A stretch of 64,000 bases of DNA, taken from the NCBI GenBank assembly GCA_965214095.1, contig OZ243938.1, positions 1,984,001-2,048,000 on the forward strand, in the 5' to 3' direction. The stretch's first letter is position 1, and every line of letters starts with the position of its first letter. The translations under genes and the position numbers were made by a program. A model generated the notes under the pieces. That model saw only the letters and a program-made list of their open reading frames with translations. It was not told the DNA's origin and searched no databases. Source of the stretch: Candidatus Poribacteria bacterium (lineage in GTDB: Bacteria > Poribacteria > WGA-4E > WGA-3G). Of this stretch, positions 9,419 to 16,972 are shown piece after piece.

Positions 9419-10660
9419 CTACTTCTCCTGTGTTTGTCCTGCGACAGCAGATGCACGTGCACCGACACCCAGCACTGCTAAAAATCCTTCCGAATCCGCA
9501 TGATCAAAGTCCCCAATATCTTCCATAGATGCAGTTTCTTCGGAATATAGTGAATGCGGAACGCCACCTGCAGCATGAAATGCTACATTCCCTTTATAGA
9601 GTGCAACCGTAATCGTGCCACTCGCTAAATTGGTGAACTGTTCAACAGATGCTAACATAGATTGTGTGGCAGAATCGAACCAGTAGCCTTCATATATCTG
9701 TTCAGCAACATTGGCGGAAATATCTTCAAAAAGTTTTCTGGCACGTCTATCTATAATCAGTTGTAATAGATATTCATAACACCTACCAAGAAGTTCCATC
9801 CCTGGTGATTCATACACACCACGACTCTTAATTCCAACAAAACGGTTTTCAACGGTATGAATACCGATTCCGACTCCGTTACGTCCGCCAATCCGATTTG
9901 CTTCTATTAAACTCATTAGTGGTGTACAAGGACTTCCATTGATTTCAACAGGGATGCCCCGTGCATAAGTAACACTAAAGTGCTCTATATTATCGGGGGC
10001 ATCTTTTGGGTGTACACCCATCCCAGGTGTGATAAATCCTGCGGGTGTTTTCAACGACTCTAACCTGCCAGCCTCATGTGTTAATCCTAACAAATTTGCA
10101 TCAGTAGAATAAGGTTTCTCATGGGTTGCAGTAATAGGTAGTCCGTGTTTTTCACAGAAGTCTATCATCTCTTTTCTACCACCGAATTGCTTGAGGAATT
10201 CCGCATCACGCCACGGGGCATAAACATCAAAATTTGGATTTAGCATGTTAGTCGCAAGTTGAAATCGGACTTGATCGTTTCCACGTCCAGTGGCACCGTG
10301 CGTTAGAATAGAGATCCCACGACTTTCCATTTCTGGCAACAATGCTTTGACAGTAACATGCCGTGCAATGCCAGTCGTGTTCCAGTATCCTCCTTCATAC
10401 ATCGCCTGACATTGGATGAGTCGTATTCCTTCTTCAGCGAGTGCATCCTTTGCGTCAACGATTACCGCTTCTTTAGCACCACACGCCAACATCCGATCCC
10501 GAATCTCGTCAACGTTTCGTTCATCGGGTTGTCCAAGGTCTGCCGTTAAACAGACTACGTTGACACCGTTGTCAACTAACCACTTTGTTATAGTGCAACT
10601 ATCAAGTCCACCAGAGACTGCTGCTCCGACGGTTTTGCCTTGTAAATCTTGTATATTCAT
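9419..10660 (-). CDS. argG: argininosuccinate synthase
   Basis: AVSGGLDS, HGATGRGNDQVRF, YSTDANLLG, VENRFVGIKSRGVYESPG; native start ATG at 10660. Confidence 0.95.
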   Translation of the reverse strand: MNIQDLQGKTVGAAVSGGLDSCTITKWLVDNGVNVVCLTADLGQPDERNVDEIRDRMLACGAKEAVIVDAKDALAEEGIRLIQCQAMYEGGYWNTTGIARHVTVKALLPEMESRGISILTHGATGRGNDQVRFQLATNMLNPNFDVYAPWRDAEFLKQFGGRKEMIDFCEKHGLPITATHEKPYSTDANLLGLTHEAGRLESLKTPAGFITPGMGVHPKDAPDNIEHFSVTYARGIPVEINGSPCTPLMSLIEANRIGGRNGVGIGIHTVENRFVGIKSRGVYESPGMELLGRCYEYLLQLIIDRRARKLFEDISANVAEQIYEGYWFDSATQSMLASVEQFTNLASGTITVALYKGNVAFHAAGGVPHSLYSEETASMEDIGDFDHADSEGFLAVLGVGARASAVAGQTQEK

Positions 10661-10718
10661 CAATCTTCGGGCAGGAGACCCCGCTGCTTTAGCACGGGGA
10701 GGAATGCCCGCTCCTCTA

Positions 10719-12177
10719 GGGTGTGTAAAGTTTTTGGCATGAAATTGCCTTGAATGGAGTTCTTGCTTTGCATGTATACACATGGTATCCTAACCTAATA
10801 AATAAATCACAAGTTTAGGAGAGGATACCAATGTCAAGTATATCATTAAGTGTTCATGAAAGCAACGATTACGAAGATGATTTTAGAAAGATTGTTAAAG
10901 AAGTAAACGATCTCTATGGAGACATCAATGTTAACGAGAGTTTATCTTTAGATGATGTTGAAGTTCGTGTTTTTGAAGCATTTCGTTCTCTTGAACAAAA
11001 GTTTTTAGAAATGTGTGTCTCTAAAAAGGCAAGTAAGCAAGAGAGTGAACCTGTTGAATGTCCAGAGTGTAAAGCACCTTGCCGTCCATTACGCAAGCGT
11101 GCGAAACATCTAACAACTCTTTGTGGCAAAATAAATATAAGGCGTTGGGTGTATTGTTGTGAACACGGACATAGGCATGCCCCGTGGGAAGTCAAACAGA
11201 AGTTATCGGATCAATACACGCATCGTGTCGCTGAAGCGATGTGTCGTTTGTCTGCGCGGCTTGACTATAGGGAAGCATCAGAGGAGTTGTCTCATCAAGG
11301 TATAGAAGTGAGTCACACGACACTTCATCAAAGTGTGTGTAAGTTGGCAGAAGATTTGGATGTATGTGAACAAGTAGAGGCTCAAGAACTTAAGGAAAAT
11401 CAGCGTTGGTATGTGAGTTGCGATGGGTGCCACACGAACTCTCCGGATGGGTGGAAAGAGGTGAAAGTGGGGTGTATTTACAGAGATTATCCACAACCTG
11501 TTTCGGGTGGGACCCCGAGTGTGAGAACAGAAAGTATTCGGTATGTTGCGGGTCGTCAAAATGCCGCCGCTTTTGGTAAGAAGTTGTATGCGTTAGCACT
11601 AAAAAGTGGCATCTATCAAAAAGATATAAATACACAAGTGATTGTATTTATCGGAGATGGTGCTGCATGGATTTGGAACCTTTGTAAAGAATACTTTCCT
11701 AATGCTGTTCAGATTGTGGATTATCCACACGCCGTGTCTCATCTGTATGATGTTGCGAAACTTGTGTTTGAAGAGACAGAAACGGAGTTGTTTGAAGCGT
11801 GGACAAAAGAAACAGAATGTTTTCTGCATGATGGGAACATCGCAGAAGTTGCCTCAAGTATTCGTGCCTTAGCCACACAGCACCCAGAGGTGTCAGAGAG
11901 TTTAGAAAGAGAAGCAAGATATTTTGAAAAACATGCCAACCGCATGCAGTATAAAGCGTTTAGAGAAAAAGGGTATATGATTGGAAGCGGTGTGATTGAA
12001 AGTGCGTGTAAACATGTTGTCGGAGAAAGGTGTAAACAAGCAGCTATGAGATGGGAAAAACGGGGCATCAATGTTGTGCTAAAGTGGAGATGTTTGTCAA
12101 AGAATAAGGCTTGGGACAGATATTGGTATCCAAACACAAAAGCAGCATGATGTTCATGCCAAAAACTTTACACACCC
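10719..12177 (+). mobile_element. ISLre2/ISKra4-type (Mutator-like DDE) insertion sequence, copy 1, 1459 bp
   Basis: 25-bp perfect TIR GGGTGTGTAAAGTTTTTGGCATGAA; 9-bp TSD GCTCCTCTA at 10710-10718 and 12178-12186. Confidence 0.95.
10831..12150 (+). CDS. ISLre2/ISKra4-type DDE transposase
   Basis: VSCDG, IGDGAAWIW, DYPHA, IGSGVIESACK..R.K..MRW motifs; N-terminal Zn ribbon. Confidence 0.92.
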   Translation: MSSISLSVHESNDYEDDFRKIVKEVNDLYGDINVNESLSLDDVEVRVFEAFRSLEQKFLEMCVSKKASKQESEPVECPECKAPCRPLRKRAKHLTTLCGKINIRRWVYCCEHGHRHAPWEVKQKLSDQYTHRVAEAMCRLSARLDYREASEELSHQGIEVSHTTLHQSVCKLAEDLDVCEQVEAQELKENQRWYVSCDGCHTNSPDGWKEVKVGCIYRDYPQPVSGGTPSVRTESIRYVAGRQNAAAFGKKLYALALKSGIYQKDINTQVIVFIGDGAAWIWNLCKEYFPNAVQIVDYPHAVSHLYDVAKLVFEETETELFEAWTKETECFLHDGNIAEVASSIRALATQHPEVSESLEREARYFEKHANRMQYKAFREKGYMIGSGVIESACKHVVGERCKQAAMRWEKRGINVVLKWRCLSKNKAWDRYWYPNTKAA

Positions 12178-12193
12178 GCTCCTCTATTTTTTC

Positions 12194-12222
12194 TTGACAT
12201 TTGTTGTCAAATATGTTAGACT
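12194..12222 (+). promoter_or_regulatory. sigma70 promoter of tnpB element
   Basis: TTGACA-17-TAGACT with extended TG. Confidence 0.75.
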
Positions 12223-12227
12223 CTTCT

Positions 12228-12310
12228 CAGCATAGTTTTTTGGTAGAGAGGAAATCCGCTTCGCTTGAGGCGGTCTCTACCATAACTACATTGCCCCGGG
12301 AACTATGCTG
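12228..12310 (+). ncRNA. structured 5' leader RNA of tnpB (three stems plus possible pseudoknot)
   Basis: CAGCATAGTT/AACTATGCTG, TGGTAGAGA/TCTCTACCA, CCGCTTC/GAGGCGG; same topology as 13702-13776. Confidence 0.6.
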
Positions 12311-12322
12311 GAGAAGGAAACT

Positions 12323-13368
12323 ATGCGAACCTATAAATATAAGATCCGCAACCATCCCAAGAACAAACGCTTTGGCAATATGCTGGCAGGAACAGAATGC
12401 AACCCCATCTGACGAAGTTGCTCAAGACGACCAAGAAACATTGGGCTTGGATACCTCGTGACACTTTGGACGCTGCGATTATCCGTGTTGACACTGCTTA
12501 TCAACGTTTCTTTGCGGGTAAAGGCGGAAAACCCAAGTTTAAGCGCAGGCACAGATATAAGTCTGCCAAGTTCCAAAGCGGCTATAAACTTGAAGAAGGC
12601 AGAGTTCGGATATCCTTTAAATCGTGGAACGCCACCACACAATCTCTGAAGTTTGACAAACGTTGGTTTTCTTTCCATCAACACCGTCCTTGGAAGGGGA
12701 ATGTCCGCTATATCCAAATCCTTCTCGATAGTGCAGGTGACTATTGGCTCTATATTATCACAGACGACGATTCTGCCGAACCCTTTACGCACACAGGTGA
12801 GAACGTTGGTATTGATTTTGGTCTGAAGTCGTTTTTGACATTGAGCACTGGTGAAAAGATAGAGTCTCCGCAGTTCCACAAACACTCTTTGAAACAACTT
12901 CGCCAACTGAATAAATCCGTGAGTCGCAAAATCAAAGGGTCTAACAACTGGTTCCGTGCTATCAGACACCTCGCACGGCATTATATCAAGATAGCAAACC
13001 AACGCAGAGATTGGCACTGGAAACTTGCGACAGACTTGTGCAGACGGTTTGATGTGATTGCCACCGAAACGTTGAACCTTGATGGCATGAAGCGGTTGTG
13101 GGGACGGAAAGTCTCCGATCTCGGTTTCTATCAGTTTATTCAATTGTTGAGTTTCAAGTGTTTTAAGCATGATAAACAATTCCATCAAATCGGACAATGG
13201 ACACCGACAACAAAACCTTGTAGCACCTGCGGACATAAAAACGAAAATCTTTCTCTCAATGATAGACAGTGGACATGCACTCAATGCAAATCTCAACATG
13301 ATAGAGATGTCAATGCTGCTATCAATATATTGCGGGCTGCTTATGATCCCGTTGTGGAGCAGATGTGA
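12323..13368 (+). pseudogene. tnpB: TnpB RNA-guided nuclease, frameshifted near the N-terminus
   Basis: ATG 12323 MRTYKYKIRNHPK... stops after 29 codons; rest in another frame (12397-13368) with intact RuvC GIDFG / ATETL / DRDVNAAINI and CSTC/CTQC Zn ribbon. Confidence 0.8.
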
Positions 13369-13446
13369 GACGGATGTTCTCTTCGGAGAACAACGCAAAC
13401 TGCTACGAAGCACAAGCCCCACGCTTTAGCGTGTGGGTGCTATGAC
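13369..13446 (+). ncRNA. predicted omegaRNA (reRNA) scaffold at the tnpB element right end (5' boundary uncertain)
   Basis: Lies between tnpB stop and right end; hairpins GTTCTCTTCGGAGAAC and the right-end hairpin; role inferred from TnpB biology. Confidence 0.6.
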
Positions 13447-13453
13447 AATCGGA

Positions 13454-13482
13454 ATTATATCACGATAGTACAAAAATCGCAA
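13454..13482 (-). promoter_or_regulatory. displaced native argG promoter
   Basis: - strand TTGCGA-17-TATAAT with extended TG; only 7 nt from argG ATG once 10661-13446 is removed. Confidence 0.75.
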
Positions 13483-13606
13483 TAATCATATCTTAGCAAA
13501 AGCATTTAATTGTCGTGATTCAATATTGTTGGAGGGGTTTTTAACCCCAATTCCTGTGCCAAGGTGAATTTTGCTTGCCGAACTGACGTGTATCTCCAAT
13601 TTTTAC

Positions 13607-14129
13607 CAAACGTTGCGGTGTGAAAGCCCAAGTCTTTAGATTTGGGATGAAACACCGCCAAAAACCTTGATTTTATTCAAGTAATGTGGTATACTCTATA
13701 TATCAACTGGATAGGAGAGCAATCATCTACTCTCTGTAGATGTCCTATCCAATCCGATTGCTCGGACAGAGTTGATGTTGATACTCTCAACGATACCACA
13801 TTCGGTTGTATACACTGCAAGTTATGATCCTTGCCAGTCGTTTGTGATGCGTTCTGAAATCGCTTTATGAGATTGTGGCGGTGTTCCCTCCACAACCGCG
13901 AGAAATAACAGAACAATAGACAAAGTATCTGGGACGATTTTGGGGTAATAAAGTAGTCCCTGTTAGTCGTGTCTTGGCGGACACCCCCACAATTGCTGTG
14001 CTGGTAAACTTGGCTTGAACCCAAGTGAGTAGTCTATAAGTCTATAAAAGATGCCCACATCTTCAAAAAACTTCCGAAGTGAGAAGATAACCTAAAGAAC
14101 CCCAATCCTTTAGGTTTGGGAGCCGTCAG
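13607..14129 (+). mobile_element. non-autonomous IS200/IS605 derivative (523 bp)
   Basis: Target TTAC 13603-13606; guide AAAG + hairpin CCCAAGTCTTTAGATTTGGG; right guide GAAC + hairpin CCCAATCCTTTAGGTTTGGG ending TCAG; internal promoter TTGATT-17-TATACT; LNDTTFGCIHC remnant like the TnpB Zn ribbon. Confidence 0.8.
13702..13776 (+). ncRNA. structured pseudoknotted 5' RNA in the non-autonomous element
   Basis: ATCAACT/AGTTGAT, GGATAGGA/TCCTATCC, CATCTAC/GTAGATG, pseudoknot GAGCAAT/ATTGCTC. Confidence 0.65.
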
Positions 14130-14297
14130 AAAAGGTTTAGTCCGAAGTATCTTCAGAAAACCTTTACGACATTAAATGAATATGGATTTGAAGTAGGACT
14201 ACGTAGACTTGAAGCGGATGATATTGAGATGATCAGACAATTAGAACGAATAATGCGACAGAAACGACCTACCCAACGAAATAATCGCAAAAATTAA
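14130..14297 (+). pseudogene. 3' remnant of a hypothetical gene truncated at the IS right end
   Basis: Open frame KRFSPKYLQKTFTTLNEYGFEVGLRRLEADD...* starts exactly at the element boundary with no start codon. Confidence 0.5.
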
Positions 14298-14333
14298 ACT
14301 CTTGAAGGAGAAAATAATCTCTTGGAGGAACAA

Positions 14334-15140
14334 GTGAAAGTTATACCCACAGTTGTGTTAATTTTTATTTTATGCACGGTTGTATCCTGTGTTCAAACAA
14401 TAGAGGCACCTGTTAACAAATATGAGGGACCAAGACCACAAACGCCTGAGACTATTCTTGAAGCATTTAAAGATGTTCCCAGTAAATGGCTGCGAAGAAG
14501 TTATGAGAAATATCCTGCAACTAAATGGTTCCAAATACTTATTGATAAAGGTATTGTGATTGAAGATTCTGATGATTTTGATCAGTATCTGATGCTGCGT
14601 GAGCGTTTAATACAGGAGGAGCGTAGATATTTATCTGAACCAGATATGTGGCTGCCAAAAAAATATTTCGGAAAAACATACAATAGCTGGGAAACCTATA
14701 AAGATGCTTTCATTGACAGAAAAATTTGGGAATACCAACAAATAAAAACTGCAAAACAGGCAGACCCTTCTGTATACCGAGTTAAATTCCTAGGCCCCGA
14801 TGGTAGAACCGTTCTTCCGCTTCCCGAAAAAAGCGTTGTCATTAAGAGAGTACATCGGGGATATGCTGGAAATAGAGGAACAAGTAGCAATGCTAAACTT
14901 TCTGAGCAACAAATGTTTGACATCGTATATAAAGGGAAACACCCACGGGGTTGGAAAGTCGTTTATATTGATAATATGAGCAACATTCTTCCTGAAAGAC
15001 CGACACCGATCAGCCGAGAGGAACTTGGACTTCCCCCTGATGTGCCGTGGCCCCCAAAAAGCCGAGCACACTTAGAGCGTATTTTTGAGGAAGTAAAACA
15101 AGGTCGCTATAACAACTATAACAACTTTGGGGATAATTAA
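14334..15140 (+). CDS. hypothetical lipoprotein
   Basis: GGAGGA RBS before GTG; hydrophobic signal ending VVSC. Confidence 0.7.
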   Translation: MKVIPTVVLIFILCTVVSCVQTIEAPVNKYEGPRPQTPETILEAFKDVPSKWLRRSYEKYPATKWFQILIDKGIVIEDSDDFDQYLMLRERLIQEERRYLSEPDMWLPKKYFGKTYNSWETYKDAFIDRKIWEYQQIKTAKQADPSVYRVKFLGPDGRTVLPLPEKSVVIKRVHRGYAGNRGTSSNAKLSEQQMFDIVYKGKHPRGWKVVYIDNMSNILPERPTPISREELGLPPDVPWPPKSRAHLERIFEEVKQGRYNNYNNFGDN

Positions 15141-15423
15141 TGAGACTTTCTTGATTTTAGGCGTTATTTGTTTGTGTGTAATCGCTACATGTTTTGTGGT
15201 ATACGCAACAATTGGATTTCCTAAGTCTATCCAACCTGCTATGCAGGGATCCTCTGTTACGTCTCAGGGTGCAGCTGTGAAAAAGAAAAGAAAATCTTGC
15301 AGCTGCTGCCCAACACGCGAAGAACGAATTAGGCGTGGAAAGATACTCAGAGAGAAAATGGAACAGGCATGGACAGAACAGGAAAGAGAAAAACAAAAAT
15401 CTATCCAGACACCTTCCAGATAA
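15127..15423 (+). CDS. small membrane-anchored hypothetical protein with CSCC motif
   Basis: N-terminal TM helix; overlaps upstream gene. Confidence 0.6.
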   Translation: MGIINETFLILGVICLCVIATCFVVYATIGFPKSIQPAMQGSSVTSQGAAVKKKRKSCSCCPTREERIRRGKILREKMEQAWTEQEREKQKSIQTPSR

Positions 15424-15426
15424 TTC

Positions 15427-15855
15427 ATGCTACAACAAACAGGTCCGCTATTTTTCGCCGTTACACGTTTTTTTTTAGCACTGTGTATCTTTGCAGTTAT
15501 TAGTTCGCCCAGATTTTTTGCGTTATCGGCACATTGGTCAAGCGATGAGGCGCGGTGGCTCAATAGAAGTGCTGACTTCATGGATGCTGTTACCCGTGGA
15601 GACTTCTCTGAAACACTTATTGCGTATCACCCTGGCGTCATAACGATGTGGGTTTCGGGGTTACGGACATTCTTTTTAGAAATACATTTAGATGTTGCGA
15701 ACTTAGCAGCTGCGCGATGATTTATTGGTTTGGCAGTGTGGTTTGGCATTGGTGTCTGTGGTATTCTGATTATCCGTCTGTTTGGACTTTGGGAAGCAAT
15801 AACAAGTGTTGTGTTTCTGGCTTTTTCACCCTTCTTCTTAGCGCAGGCAAGGCGT
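15427..15855 (+). pseudogene. ArnT/PMT (GT39/GT83)-like glycosyltransferase N-terminal fragment
   Basis: SSDEARW, YHPGV, FLAFSPFFLAQ motifs; in-frame TGA at 15718; truncated near 15855. Confidence 0.7.
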
Positions 15856-16459
15856 AGAGGTCACTGTGCTCACCCCGGATACGCCGATGTTTTCACGAGT
15901 GGCATCCGATCACACTGTTAACCTGCAAACCTATCGTTACTGTTTTCCGCGTAGGTTGCAGCAGCTCGGTTATTCTAATACACTGATCAATGATTGCGAG
16001 TTGAAAAAGTATGTTTATCTCCTTGCACCTTTTATGTTTTTATTCGCCATCTTTCGCCTGTTCCGTTTACACCGTAAACATCAGTTTGATGTCATTCATG
16101 CGCATTGGCTTTTGCCAAACGGATTTATAGGGGCGATTATTTGTAAGTTGTGTAAAATCCCACTGGTGATTAAACTTCACGGCTCTGATATCTTCGTTTC
16201 AAAACTCAATCCTATGTTCAAATCAATGGCAAAATGGACACTCACACATGTTGCGATGGTAACGAGTGTGACACCCTCATTTTTACCGGAGCTCGCAGCA
16301 TTAGGCGTTCCGCAAGAAAAGCGGTGTCTCATTCCCAATAGCGTGACCCCAGAAGTATTCCCGTTCCCACCTCATAATCAGTTAGCGACACTGCGAGAGA
16401 AGCTTTCGATCCCAGAAGATCACCTTGTCCTTTTTGCGTTGGGTCGGATCGTATTATAG
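15856..16459 (+). pseudogene. GT4 glycosyltransferase internal fragment
   Basis: FDVIHAHW, LHGSDI, IPNSV, ALGRIV; lacks N-terminus and C-terminal domain; stop supplied by a repeat end (TATAGT 16455). Confidence 0.75.
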
Positions 16460-16546
16460 TGACATTTAGAATTATTGATACATTTTTTGTTTTTTGTTAG
16501 AATATGTTCCCTATGGCACATTCACCAGATTTATGAAAACGGATTT

Positions 16547-16665
16547 TATAGTGGAATTTACAATTAATAGGACACGCCTCAGCGGGCGAGGAAACCTCGC
16601 CCCTACGGGACTTGTGGTACTTGAAAGCGCATTGAAATGTCTTCTTAATTCTAAACTTTACTATA
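16547..16665. repeat. TATAGT...ACTATA-bounded element with central REP-like hairpin
   Basis: GGGCGAGG-AAA-CCTCGCCC followed by CTAC, flanked by imperfect TIRs. Confidence 0.7.
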
Positions 16666-16728
16666 GTTTTCGGATTTTTGTTCAATATTATTCACAAACG
16701 TTAGATTTATTATGGGTTGTATTCCTAT

Positions 16729-16772
16729 TTGTCTGAACCAGGATTTTCAGGATTAGTAGATTTTCAGGATTA
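16729..16772. repeat. GTCTGAACCAGGATT(TTCAGGATT)n-type interspersed repeat
   Basis: Similar copy at about 31715-31758 and a reverse-like copy at about 25976-26010. Confidence 0.55.
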
Positions 16773-16830
16773 TGAGTTTGGCTCTCCAAAGTTCCTATCA
16801 AAACCGTTGCATCCTATACCAAAAATATGT

Positions 16831-16859
16831 TTGACACTCTTAAATTCATGTGTTATACT
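16831..16859 (+). promoter_or_regulatory. sigma70 promoter for tRNA-tilS-hpt
   Basis: TTGACA-17-TATACT. Confidence 0.8.
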
Positions 16860-16878
16860 TAACTAATGACTATAATGT

Positions 16879-16950
16879 GCCGGTGTAGCTCAGTGGTAGA
16901 GCACACGACTCATAATCGTGCTGTCCGGAGTTCAACTCTCCGCACCGGCA
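16879..16950 (+). tRNA. tRNA-Ile2 (anticodon CAT, lysidine-modified); CCA not encoded
   Basis: Cloverleaf with acceptor GCCGGTG/CACCGGC, anticodon arm CACGA-CTCATAA-TCGTG; lacks initiator features; directly upstream of tilS. Confidence 0.85.
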
Positions 16951-16972
16951 TTTTTCTTTGAAGGTTCACCTC

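Larger units (their letters stand above)
10661..13446 (+). mobile_element. IS200/IS605-family (tnpB-only, IS1341-like) element carrying a nested IS
   Basis: Target TCAT 10657-10660; left-end guide GAGA + hairpin CCCCGCTGCTTTAGCACGGGG; right-end guide CAAG + hairpin CCCCACGCTTTAGCGTGTGGG ending TGAC 13446; both guide/cleavage pairs fit IS608-type pairing rules. Confidence 0.88.

Noticed and set aside
12331-13422. 363-aa antisense ORF over tnpB
   Set aside because: Shadow frame with no motifs; common for tnpB genes
10661-13446. IStron (group I intron-IS chimera) that could splice out of argG
   Set aside because: No group I core recognised, the element is antisense to argG, and there is too little unexplained sequence
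13677-14024. 115-aa ORF as tnpA
   Set aside because: No HUH or catalytic Tyr motif
15718-15720. In-frame TGA as recoding (Sec/Trp), also at 55458
   Set aside because: Both genes are otherwise truncated; intact genes use TGG for Trp and TGA as stop
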